A stretch of 64,000 nt of DNA, taken from assembly GCA_002633005.1 (NCBI GenBank), contig NMRA01000173.1, positions 573,295 through 637,294 on the forward strand. The letters are read 5' to 3'. Of this stretch, positions 24,649-42,710 are shown piece by piece. The notes beneath the pieces were generated by a model. That model did not search any database, was not told where the DNA came from, and saw nothing but the letters and a program-made list of their open reading frames with translations. The position numbers were made by a program, and so were the translations under genes. Every line of letters begins with the position of its first letter. Positions within the stretch are counted from its first letter, which is position 1. This DNA comes from Phoronis australis (lineage: Eukaryota; Animalia; Phoronida).

Positions 24649-26674
24649 GCTGACTACTTCCTGATGCAGAGTGCAGCCACTGTGACACAGTGACATTTAT
24701 TTAGGCACAGAATTGTGTGCAAGGAAGGAAAAACTGCATGAGCAATACATTGGTTTGATCAGAGTATGCATCCAGCATGCGATGGTGTTTGAGTTTCTCT
24801 GCACAATTAATGGGAATACTCTTGTACATATCTAAATATTGGTTTGTGAATATGTTCATCCATTCTGTTGTTTTTTAATAAGGTTAATCAGGGTGGATGC
24901 GAGCATCTGGTGCAGTTTTGAGAGAATGTTGCAAAGCTCTTATGACTCGCGTGGAATTGACTACTTTACTGCCCCCTGGTTGTCAATGAAGGTACTACTG
25001 TTTTGTAGTGGGCAATATGTATATAGGGGCAGTCTGTAGTATTTGTATTGTTGGAATACTAATGAAATGTTCAATTTGGCCACTCAGCTGTGCTGAAGGT
25101 AGTCCAGTTGTAAAGTGATATTTGTTAAGGAAATATTCCGATATTGTCTACTGTAGTTCTGAGTTGTTTTTTTTCAATTTGAAAACCATGTGATGGTTTG
25201 TTTATTGTCAAAGCCATAATTGGTATGATGTTTAGAATATTTATTTTTGTCTGAAATGCATTTTAGAGCATTTTTTAATATGGCAAGATAGCGTTCCTCA
25301 TTTTACACAATCACATAATTGTCAGTGAGAGGAATTGAACTTTGTTGCTGGTTTTACTGTCCAGATCTAGATTTGTTGTAGATTGTTTTGATTTTGATCA
25401 GAGCAGTAATGAACACTTTAAAACAGTACTAGTTACTACCAACTCTCTTAGAATGTCAAGTAGTTAATAGTTTTGTATTAGTTATTGTCTAACGTTTATT
25501 TATATGAGGATGTCATTCACCAGCAAGTTATTTTACCCAACATATTTATTATTTCACAATTGGCCAACTTCAGCATCTATGTATTTACTAGTACAGTGCG
25601 AATTCATATAATTAGTGTGTTGCTGATATCATGTTTGTGAAATATTGAATGTTCTTAAAGTAATCCTTGTTGATTAGTAACATAACAACTATTAGTTGTA
25701 CCAACGTGTGATAATAAAATGATAACACAGAGAAATGGAGTAATTTGGTTTATTTATTTGCATGTGGAGTAATGTCAGTAGAACTCACATACGTGTAAGT
25801 TGAATACTGATAACTCAGATCTCTACTGGACTTTGATCATATCAAATTTATTTTGTTTGATGTGAAAGAAAATGATGACTGATACGCAATTACCACAAAA
25901 GCGAAACCAGAATAGTCACGTAAAATACTCATTCGCAAGATCAGAAACGAGTTCTCCTGGGTTTTTGCCCTACTTGAGATTAGTCTAGTTTTGCCTTAGT
26001 TGTTGCCTCGTGTGGGTAAGTCTGGTGTTACCTTATGGGGGTAAGTGTGGTGTTGCCATACGTGGATAAAATCTGTCTATCTGGTTAGACCTTAGAGATG
26101 CAAGTTTTACTGTATCTAGTTAATAACGTACTGCAAGAGCACCAACTGGTGTACATAAATAAATGTGAAACTTCTGAATGAACAAATGAATGAGTGAATG
26201 AATATGTACAATGACTAATATGATCTTACACTTACCACACTGTAACAAAGTTAAACACACATTGAACACTATCAAGTCATAAGTTCCTCCACCACTTCAT
26301 TTTTAAATACAATTATAATTGTAAAAATAGGTAAGAACCTCCTGCAGAATATTTCTTTTGAACCACATGTTCAAAATTTTGTACAGGTTCCAAGAAAGAT
26401 TTCAAGACCGTGAACTGTACACGTTTAAAAATATCTATGTTCCAGACTCTTAAGAATACTGTTTAAACCAACATTACTACAAAAATGAAAATTTTTGCAT
26501 TTTTTTGGTAATAAGTAAATAAAGAGTTATGACTATGAGTTTGTATTCACTCTACACAGGTTATCACACTTAGATGTTAATGTAAGGAGCTTTAGATCAA
26601 GCTTTAGATATAACTGCATGGGAAGTAAACTTTCACAACTTAATGACTTCAGCAGGAGTTAAGAGGTGGCAGCA

Positions 26675-29600
26675 CTATTCATTGTCATCACAGTTATAAG
26701 GGTCGCTGATTTCTTCATCAGGAGCACACTGAAAGAAAACTCAATACATGAACACAACAGACACATCTCATGAAATGCATTGAATCTGACTATATTCCAC
26801 CTTAGAATTGCAACACACCTAGTGTGAGCAATTTGCCATTATAAAGCTGGTCTCAATTTGTTTCTTAATCGGAGTAGAAGTGAGTTTTTGAAATTTGGAA
26901 GGAATGACACTTTGTTACTGCTTGAGATCAGACTAAAGAAGAAGGCTTGACCTCGCTTGACCTTGCTGGTAATTTATGCACCATACAAGATTCCAAGCAA
27001 TGAAATTACTTTTAAAGAGGCCTAAAACAAGTCAGTAATATTTACATAAGATGGATGAACATAGCATAAAATATTTGGATGGAACAATCACTGTTTGTTT
27101 CATGAAAGACCAATTAACATTGAACTGCCATACATACATGACTGCGTATTTGTCCAGACAAAGAAGAAATGGATTGTGCATTCAGTCATTCTAAAAATCA
27201 ATTACTCGACTAGATAGTGGATAAAAAATTAGTGCCGGTGGTTTGATACATGACATCATCATGTAGCATTAGACGTGCAAAGGCTGCTCAGCAAGGCACA
27301 CTACACTAAACACCTGAAAACATTTTTCATTTCTTGATAAACACTAGTAGCATGATATACACAAATTAAGAACGAGCTGAGGAGTTACACCCAGCTCAAG
27401 GGTGTAACATTGGAGTCCTGGTGAACGGGAGGCAAGTCACACTGCCTCCACTCAGTTACTGACTGCTGACAGATTAATACAATGAAATGATTTTAATCTT
27501 ATATAATAAAAAGCCTTGGTTAAAAAATTCTAAATGTTGTCGGCCCACGTGTTCTCGGACAATAAAGCTTGACGTATCTTACACATGCTTCTCCATAGTT
27601 ACACGCTGCACTTACATAGTATTCAACAAAAGATATTTGTCCATCATCATTCCTGATCATGTATTGCAGAGACAAGAACCCCCTGGTGTCTGTTCGCAGA
27701 GACACTCTTGTAGACAAGGTAAGGGCTTTCACTGACGGCTTTAGCAGAGAAATTTTATACCTGAAAATGACCAGAAAAATGTATATGTGCCACCTTCTTC
27801 TAACTAAAAATAACAAGTTGTCACAATAAAACAATGTCACCAGGCAACAGAAAAGTATATAAAATTTAAAAGGATTACTTGAAGTTAGACAAGCTTGTGA
27901 CTTATGCCACACCTTACGATTACGTGAGACTTTATCAATAAGACTGTACATTATTATCAATAAGACTGCACATTATTATCAATAAGACTGCACATTATTA
28001 TCAATAAGAGTGTACATTATTATCAATAAGACTGTACATTATTATCAATAAGACTGTACATTATTATCAATAAGACTGCACATTATTATCAATAAGACTG
28101 TACATTAATATCAATAAGACTGTACATTATTATCAATAAGACTGCACATTATTATCAATAAGACTGCACATTATCATCAATAAGAGTGTACATTATTATC
28201 AATAAGACTGTACATTATTATCAATAAGACTGCACATTATTATCAATAAGAGTGTACATTATTATCAATAAGACTGTACATTATTATCAATAAGACTGCA
28301 CATTATTATCAATAAGAGTGTACATTATTATCAATAAGACTGCACATTATTATCAATAAGAGTGTACATTATTATCAATAAGAGTGTACATTATTATCAA
28401 TAAGAGGGTACATTATTATCAATAAGAGTGTACATTATTATCAATAAGACTCTACATTATTATCAATAAGACTGCACATTATTATCAATAAGACTGCACA
28501 TTATTATCAATAAGACTGTACATTATTATCAATAAGACTGTACATTATTATCAATAAGACTGTACATTATTATCAATAAGACTGTACATTATTATCAATA
28601 AGACTGTACATTATTATCAATAAGAGTGTACATTATTATCAATAAGAGTGTACATTATTATCAATAAGAGTGTACATTATTATCACTAAGACTGTACATT
28701 ATTATCAATAAGACTGTACACTAAGCCAAATGTCTACAAAACTCTAGAATTTAACTTGGCAAAAGCATAATATTTTATGAAAGTAGAAATCCCGTTGAAT
28801 TTGAGCTTTGATGTACCATTAATTAGGTCGTGTGACCATTCGTAGCAAAATTTAGTTAAATTCATAGCAAAACAACATGATCGATAAAGAAAATTTCCAA
28901 ACAACATAAATGTTCAAAATAAAATCTCAAAATAGGTGTTACAGTTTTCTGAATTATTGTTGTTTTCGTTTTATGCAACTCAAAAGTTTTGTTAAAACAT
29001 CATAAAGGTTTCACTACTTGATATACCCTCATGCAAAAGTGAAACATTTTAAAAATAATTCTGAACAGTGTTTTGGGGTAACGGTATAAAGCATAATACT
29101 TGAAAGTTTCGTGTAATTCGACCAGCCATTTATGAGATATGTTAAGAAGTCGGGCACAATTGAACATTTTTCTAGGGTCCTACATAGCCTAAAGCAGAAC
29201 TTAATAACCAGTCAATTGCTACACAGCATAGAATGAGATGTCTATTAAAGTCAAAACACCACACATACTCATTGCAGTAGAACTGATTTCAGTACATTTT
29301 CTAGAACCACCAATGAGGTTAGGGCAAAGAGTGTGTTGTACTACACTCCTTGATTAGGGTCTGCATTTTTATTGAAATTACACCTGTCCACTATTACCAA
29401 ATTTAAAATGAATGAATAAAAAATCATAAGAATTGTTAGACAGACAAACCAGTAGAAATTGTTAATAAACAAAGAGCTGTTTTTACTATCATACTAGACT
29501 GAGAACAAAAACCTTAAGCTATCCAATTATAGAGTTTTGAAGGAAAATTGTCTGTCATACAAGACTGCCAACAAATTGTGAACCTACAATATTTTTTAGA

Positions 29601-32600
29601 CATTTTTTCAAAATTTTTTTGACAGAAACCCAAATGAAAATATTACATCTCAAGGTTTCATTTACCATAAAGAAACTCTATTCATCTCAGCAAATGAATC
29701 TGGGTACCCCAGTGAATGTTGTACACTCCACCTGAGATAATTGTCACAACACACACCTGAGATAATTGTCACAAGACACACCTGTTTGTTTCTGTCTTTG
29801 TGCATTGAAATGATTCCATCATGTCCGAGTCCTTGGGGAAATCAGACTGAAACAGAATTCAAAGCAATCTATATAAATGATAGACGATTTAACAATGAGG
29901 ATAAAGTTAATGATAAATTTTAATGACTAATAGACTCATGTAGTAAAGCCCCATACAGTACGATACTTGAAAACCATAATGTGATTGTCTTTGTTGATGA
30001 TTTGTGTGGAATGCTTTGATTTGACATACACGATTTGAACATAACAGCACTTGTTCTTAAAGACCCTACGTTACCATTCACTACACATGACAAAACCATG
30101 GATCAAATGGAGTGCATAGATTGCATGAATGTAAAGATTCATCAGTAATTAGTTGATGTGTTCCAATTTTGGTTAGACCTAATTAGCACTGCCTGGTACA
30201 TTACATAAGCAGGAGCTGATGAACAATAGTGATCACACTGCTCCACAACACAATGTAAACATGTCAATCTCAATATTTCATAGTCAGCCAGACTCCTCTT
30301 TAACTGAGAACATATTATTGAGACTTTTGTATCAATTACTGGCACCACATCAAGACCCCGTGCAAAAAACTATAAAGCAAAACTTCTGAAATATGGTCAC
30401 TTGTATTTTCAAAAGAAAATTACAATAATTTTGAATAATCATTTTTTACATCAAGTACATCCCTTGAATGAATGGTGATTTCTATCATCTAACTTAAACA
30501 CTAATATCGTTTGGTTTTCAGCAACAATTGAAACTGACACACTGATGCCTCGGTCAAATATCGGCCGATGTTTGGTCATTCCCCCTGTTCTACTCCATTA
30601 CCCTGACCTTCACAATTTTATTGGATGACAACAAGTGATTACTTATTTTTGACGCTGACACACAGCCAGTTATAATCACGTGATTGTTGTGTGATATGAC
30701 CTCTTTAGCAGGAAACTTAACAAATCATTGCCAAAGCCTCATGAGACAGATAAATAAAAGTTTAGTTAGTAGTTCCAATGTCACTTTACTGCATTGTACA
30801 ATTCACTGACACAAACTAACTAAAGTTTAGTTAGTAGTTCCAATGTCACTTTACTGCACTGTACAATTCACTGACACAAACTAACTAAAGTTTAGTTAGT
30901 AGTTTCCAATGTCACTTTACTCCATTGTACAATTCACTGACACAAACTAACTAAAGTTTAGTTAGTAGTTCCAATGTCACTTTACTCCATTGTACAATTC
31001 ACTGACACAAACTAACTAAAGTTTAGTTAGTAGTTCCAATGTCACTTTACTCCATTGTACAATTCACTGACACAAACTAACTAAAGTTTAGTTAGTAGTT
31101 CCAATGTCACTTTACTGCACTGTACAATTCACTGACACAAACTACCTCCTGAGCAGCGTGTAACTCATAATGTACATCAACATCAACTCACATGTGTACT
31201 TCCAGCGTTACCAAATGAGGACAATCTGAGGTAGGGTTTGTCTGGAGACATCAGAATCTCTAACACATCACTAGTCATATCAAGCTCATTGAATGCCTCT
31301 TTTAGACACTCAGACTGTAACACAACAATCTTGTGATAACATGCGAGCAATTGATCACAGCAAATCACATCCAATGCCATTCAAAAATACATATATTTAG
31401 AGCCCAAATTGAAGACAATGGTCAATGAAATTGAATTGAAATATAGGAAGAAGATTTAGCGCATTACTATTCTAAGCAATACTACAAGGTTACTTTTGGT
31501 ATGCATCCCTCTCATAGTTAAACTACAATAATTGAAGGGCTATAGTGATGATGTTACAGATGCACTTTAAAATGACCCACATACAATATACAATGTCACA
31601 AATAATGAGACAAAAGGCAGTTACTGTAACTTAATGCCTTGACTAGTAGCTCCAGTTATTATGACCTTGACCTTCAATTCTCCTTACACTCACGGCTAAC
31701 AATAGTATGCTTATACTGGCACAACAATAAGGTACTCTGGGTCAGAGGATTTTAGCATGTATTGTACTCTATGCCCAAACTATGCCACAGTTCTTTTCTA
31801 AAATGATCTCAGTTGAGGCAGAATTGAAAGACCAGCGAATAACCTCAATTCATTCTCACCTTCATGATAATTTTGTTGACTACACTGGCACTTGAGAAGT
31901 TAAAGTCGAGTACATCATCTGGCTCCATAGTCTTAATGCTGCAGTCAGTTAACACACCACCTTCCTCTAACCTACAAAACAAGAATAATCTAGAACACGA
32001 GGAGAGTTGTGAGGGGTGCTTTGATATCCTGCACCCCAATAGACATGTACAGTGTAGTTGTCGATAAATTTGATATTTCCTTTCATCAAAAATTGGTGAA
32101 ATTTTGAAAAATAAATCTGGCTAATTTTCAATGATTCAGTATTTTTTTACATGGGGGCCTAGGATCTGATCTTTTTACTTGAAATCGAAATTATTTTTGC
32201 CATTTTCTGCTCTACTTTAGAACAAAATCAAGATTACTGTCATTATTCTGTGGTCAAGTGCACAATAGTTTGCATGTCTAAATGTCTAATTCTATTTTGC
32301 ACTTGTTGACCCCAGTATTAAAGCTATAAGTTTGAGTCAAAACTTGATGTTTCGAATTTTTTACACAAAATTTTGACATCACTTTGAAACAGTTTATAGT
32401 CAACTCTACAGTCATCAATTCAACTAGAAACTCACTGCATAAACATTAGCATTTTTAGCGCAGAATACTTATCATGAGTTTGTATTAAAGTAGAATGGAA
32501 AATAAGAAAAATAATTTCAAGTTTGATTTCAAGTCTGGAGATTAGACCCTGCAGATCTCCTTCATGATTTTTGCACAACTTTGACAAAACCAGAAAAAAT

Positions 32601-35600
32601 TGAAAAGATAGTGTCAAATTTTTTGAAACTACAGAAAACTTAACTTCTATTTTTAACAAAAATAATTGTGTGGTGAACACTACTTTGATTAAACAGTGAA
32701 TTCACCAAATACAATAACTATCACAGCTTAATGAGGCCAGTCAGTAAGTCAACTGTTATTAGTAAGTGTTAACGTATTTACAAAGGGTTAAAATTCAAAT
32801 CTCCAAACATTTGACTGTGCCTACTAGTACTCACATCAGAACAAGAGGATACCCGTAACCACGGTAACACATCTTGAGAGCAGTGGTGACACCTGGTGCA
32901 GAACTTGTTCCAAATACCATCAGGCATTCCTATGAGTAGATTGAAAGGAAGACATTTTCAAATATGTTTTTAAAACATACGGACATAATGACATCATTAT
33001 CTCTGGATTCAATGAGTCAAAGTTATACTTCACTAAATGTCAAACTGGAAGTGCAAGATCAAGGAATCCATTCATGTTCAATATGAATCTAATAATACTA
33101 ACAGAGACGAGAAGGTTACAAGAGCAGCACTTTGTACAGCAGCTTGACTACATCAACATACAACTCAAACCAGTGGATGTCGGAAATTTCCGAGCTATTT
33201 TTAAGTTTTTGGAAGTGAAGATGAAACCCTTTATCATTATTTTTCTTTACAAAATTTTACATGATCAAACAGTGTTCTGTAGCATTTAGATCAAAAATAA
33301 AACAAACCAAAACACATCAATGGTCATTAATGAGTGAATGTACTAACGAACATGAGAATAGCTGCAATGTTATGTCACTTCAAAATAAAAACATGATTTC
33401 TATTAAAGACTCAAGCAGCTCTAATTAGATCAAGTCAAAATCACAAACTACAAAATGGAGCAATTCACTTAGCGGCGATGAATCTTCCTGCTTAAGCAAT
33501 TATTCTGTTCATGATTTTATAATTAGCAACTAGGTATGCTAACTCGCCATATCAAAATCCAAAACAAATGGTTCAACCCCAAAACATGACACTCGAACAG
33601 CAGATTTCAAAGATGCGGCTGCACGCGGCTTTCAGTCCATGTATGATAATTAGATACAACAACTGTAACAAGGCTTTGTGGCTATAGCAGGACAGATGAC
33701 AGAGGGGTGTCAGAAGTGTTGAATAACTGCCATCGCTTGGTTGGTATAATGGCATAATGGTATAATGGCATAATGCATTGAGGAGTTTATGTTGTTGTCT
33801 AGCTTCACTTCAGCTATGCCACAAAACTGATTTGGTTGGAGTCCTCTATTTTTGTTAGGAACTGGCAAGTGACAAAGAACACAACATAAAAATAATACAC
33901 ATATTGATTTTGAGCTTGCATGATAAATCTCAATATTCATTCTGGATCCTCAATGTAATTTAGGTCAATTAAGCAGTATTTGAATCTAGAAAAGAATTAG
34001 GCAATTGTATTTGTTTGAGCTATAAGTATTAACCTGTACAAATATTAACAGGAATGACAATTAGAATGCATCATTAATTGTGTGAAACATTTTAAGCTAA
34101 TCCGACTGTTGGCCAACAGATGGGATGGTAAAAGCAGCAGAATTTTTTAGTATTACCAATACCATTATTAGGCAGGGAATGCCATACATCTATCTTATCT
34201 TGTTAAAAGTAACAACAGAAAGACCGAGGGCATGCTACAAAACGTCATCAACTTTAAATTAGTTACAAAACAAAAATAAAATGCCTATTTCCACCTTTTA
34301 ATTGTATTAGTCAGGTACAATTACTGCTTTGTGAAACAGTGAACATACCAATAAAACAGATAAATTAATCTGAAACGTGCAATGTTCTTCTGCCAGGGAG
34401 AACTCTTGAAATATACCCGTCTGTAAAAATGCGTTGGCCTGAACACACTTGGAGTCTTCCACTGTCACTTTAAGGCCATGGCTACTACCAAACATTATAG
34501 CTATCTGAAAAATACATATATTAAAACATTTGACAAAGGCATTTGAAGCTGCTAAACACAGCTGAGTAGAGACGATGGAGCTCCTATAGGCGCTTCATAC
34601 ACCAGTAGAGACAGTGGAACTCCTATAGGAGCTTTATACGTCGGAAGCTTTTCAGCGAATTATGCCTCCCACTGACTAAAACATCAAAGTCACTCGCCAT
34701 TTTCATACTGCACACACTAAGGTATACGTACATCATGCCACTTGCCAAGCGCAGTGTTAAAAATGGCGAGTTACCGATTTTGGGAACTGAACGAGGGACT
34801 GCTCAAAGAAAGTTTGATAACAGGAGTATTTGTTCGAGCTGGAAGGAATTTAATACATCGACGACCCCCTAAGGTGTCAATCTATGCGCAAAAGGTATTT
34901 ATAACAATGAGACTTTGATGTTTTAGTCAGTGCGAGGCATAATTCACCAAAAAGCTTCCGGGGTATGAAGCTCCTATAGGAGATCCATCGTCTCTGCTAG
35001 CAGTGCCAGCACAGACGATGTTCATTATCTATTAACCATGTGTTCCGACAATTGAATAAACTGTTGAGTCAGTGTTCTTAACTTGCTGCTTGCTGCCACT
35101 GGGAGACACTTTTGTGCAATGGTAGACTATCTACCAGTAAAGCCAGGATTCCACCCGGGTTTCCCAAACGGGAGTCCTGAGCCAAACTGTTCCCTTCGTT
35201 CGCCTTCGGTTGGATGTGTTTGTACCGTTGGAGGTCCTAAAGTCGTGAACTATCTTATTTCTGCTTCTGTACTGTCCTGTGACAACGGGCATTGAAGTTT
35301 CCAGCGTTCGTCTGCTTACGAACGTCAAACGCATACCCTGACATGTTGATACTACAGCAAGTGAGTGGCTTCTTTTTTCAAATGTATTTTAAAAAAAGCA
35401 TATTTCACTAATCCACTTTTTTGTGCATTTTCAGAATATATTTTCGAAAATATTTGTCGTTCAGATTTGCTCAAACACGTGCTCCAGGGGTAGCTTGAAC
35501 AATGTATCAAAATGTCCCAGGGTCAATTAAGTTTTGTGAAGGCAAAGCAATAAAATACAAAGAGACAAATGATGTTGGGTTCTTAGCGTTTTACGTGAAC

Positions 35601-36183
35601 ATCCTCATTAAAAAGGTCTGTGTACAGCGGAGTTTGGTGCAAAACACATAACAATTTATTTCAATTGAAACTGAATTAATAAACAATGCAATGCGTTTTT
35701 ATGTCGTCTCGAGTAACTGTAAGCACTGTAGTTGATTTGCGTGGTGTTACTTTGTGCATTTCCGTCTACACGAAATGGTCACGACTTTAGGGCCTCATTC
35801 AAAATGGCTGGCGATATGAGACATAATATGAGCGACTGTTTCAAAACTCTGCTTATGGAGACAAACACGGGTTAAGACTGGAAAAACACATATATTTGCG
35901 AACGCTGATACATGTCCATGACATCACATGAACAGTTGCTAACGGACAATGGGTAGTAGTACAATCAGCTGCTTTTTATGCTTATATTCACGACTTTAGG
36001 TCACCGAGTCTATTTTGTCTTTGTTTAAACTTTATTTTAACTCAACTGTAAATGTCTCAAGTTAAAACTTACATCTTTAAAATGTATTGCTTTCAAAATG
36101 TTTGACATATTTCGCACATTGTCCAGTTTTGCAACCAGAACATAGCCACTTTCATCGTCAGCTTGAGAAGTTGACAGCGACAT
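26675..36183 (-). CDS. RAD1: Cell cycle checkpoint protein RAD1 (9-1-1 clamp subunit), ~286 aa
   Basis: Exons 36183-36073, 34504-34349, 32929-32835, 31971-31860, 31314-31192, 29846-29782, 27760-27616, 26728-26675 (861 nt, GT-AG). Motifs LVAKLDNVRNMSNILKAIHFKD, GLKVTVEDSKCVQANAFLQ, TTALKMCYRGYGYPL, LEEGGVLTDCSIKT, RYKISLLKPS.KAL, RGFLSLQYMIRNDDGQISFVEYYCAPDEE. Confidence 0.97.
27932..28720. repeat. 22-bp minisatellite, ~36 copies
   Basis: tatcaataaga(c/g)tg(t/c)acattat in tandem, in a RAD1 intron. Confidence 0.97.
30757..31143. repeat. 65-bp minisatellite x 6 with palindromic junction
   Basis: tcactttact recurs at 30781, 30846, 30912, 30977, 31042, 31107; junction actaactaaa-g-tttagttagt. 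Confidence 0.95.
34565..35000. mobile_element. Long-TIR MITE/foldback element (~90-bp TIRs)
   Basis: 34602-34691 is the reverse complement of 34912-35000. The left terminus is partly duplicated at 34565-34600. Confidence 0.8.
35401..35572. repeat. Dispersed repeat fragment homologous to 14498-14682
   Basis: Same shared blocks as the partner copy; lies in RAD1 intron 1. Confidence 0.6.
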
Positions 36184-36420
36184 TTCCAGTCAGTCAGTAA
36201 ATCCTAAACAATTTCATACTTGGGCGCCCTCCCGGAAGTTATTGTTGCGCTCGGGTAATTGCATCAGTGATGAATGATTTCAGCGAATTGGGTGATATTT
36301 TTGTCTCTCTAGTTTTATTAAATAAGCATCGGATTTTCATATGTCCAATAACGTTTTTAAAGCATCGTAATGTATATTTCGATTGTTTTGGATCATCAAA
36401 CAAAAGCAGTCGACAGGTGG
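36184..36420. promoter_or_regulatory. Putative bidirectional promoter RAD1 / RWDD4
   Basis: gggcgccctcccggaagt (ETS-type CCGGAAGT at 36231-36238) lies ~50 bp upstream of the RAD1 ATG. Plus-strand donor candidates at ~36255 and ~36416. The RWDD4 ATG exon begins at an acceptor (37764). Confidence 0.5.
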
Positions 36421-36900
36421 CGTAGACGTATTTACCTAGTTTTAGCATTGCAAGGGCACTCTGCCCGAGAACCAAATTACGGAATCGGGGAAGAACCAAG
36501 AACTTTAACATTGTGGTAAAAATATATTCGGAAAAAAAGAAATGAGAGACGGTTGCTATTATTTGTATCTACAGATCGTTATCTCCCATCTACTGATAAA
36601 GATCAGGTACTGTGTGTAGAAAACTCCACCCCTCCAGACGTGCGTTCTGTAGCCGAGCGAAGCCGAAGGCTGTGCCAGGGCAGGTGGTCCAGGCGTAGGC
36701 GTAGGGACGTAGAGCCGGAGGCTGTAGTCTCGCGAGAACGCAGAACTACGGGAGATAACTGCATGTGTTACAAGCGAAGCACGTGGTCACTCTAGGTCTA
36801 ATGGTCGCCTTACCTTGTAATAATAATATGATCATCTTGAGCTCTGCCGTAGAGATCCAAATGCTTCTTTCTTGTTGTTAAAAACGTAACTCTGGATCGG

Positions 36901-37003
36901 CACAAGTCGGATATAATAGACCCTGATTTAGAGAACCAGGCAAGGCCTTTATTTAGTGGATGAAACTGGTTCTCTAAATAAGGTCCGCTATATCCGACAA
37001 GTG
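36901..37003. mobile_element. Short palindromic MITE, copy 1 (family shared with 45630-45746)
   Basis: gtcggatata..gaccctgatttagagaaccag ... ctggttctctaaataaggtccgctatatccgac. Confidence 0.75.
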
Positions 37004-37817
37004 GCCTCTGGATCATGTACAGTGCGGGGGTGGGGTGGGGGGTGGGGGGGGGGGAGGGGTGTGCATCTGCAAGCTAGTGAAATTCTGATATGGTGGTATC
37101 CCAACCATACAGTGAAATTTTACTGATTTGAGACCTGCTCTTTCTGTCTAAAGTGACAGTGTCACTGCATGGTGACTATACCTGACAACATGGTGGACAT
37201 CTTTAGTAATTTAGAATTTTTTAGCAATAAGTCAGCTCTAGTTTGAAGACAAAATTAGATCCTTCCACATTCCATGATGATAGTGAATAAATTAGTGGCC
37301 TTCCGCTTTCAACACTGCAGTTTTCGCGTCTTACGTCCACCTGACTACTGGAGGTCACTGTAAACCTGGTTATTTGACTGGTCACTACAGAATGAATTAT
37401 GAAACATTAGGTACACTTGCACTATGTGAATAATCAACTGAGATGTTTGTGATCTACTGCTAACCTTCATATAATTTATGTTAAAAATTCTTCTCCAATT
37501 TGGTACAGTCCAAAAACAAGTATTTCGCTTAAGGTCATAGTTTGTACCAAATTTGAGAAATTTGCAATATTGGGCGTCCTGAATTCAAGAGCAGGAGCAG
37601 CAGTTTTAACTGATGCATAAGTGATCAGCGTTACTTTTTATGAACTTCATATTTTTATGAATTCATTTCCGTCCACAATTTTGAGTGCTTGGATTTTGGT
37701 GTCCCAAATTTTGGAGACTCCAAAGCTGGAGACTTTTTACCCGAACCGTATGCTTTATTTACAGATAAAGTGATAAACTGAGCGCTACAAACTGACAAAA
37801 CTGAGCAGCTTGGTGAA

Positions 37818-42710
<4,893 letters not shown>

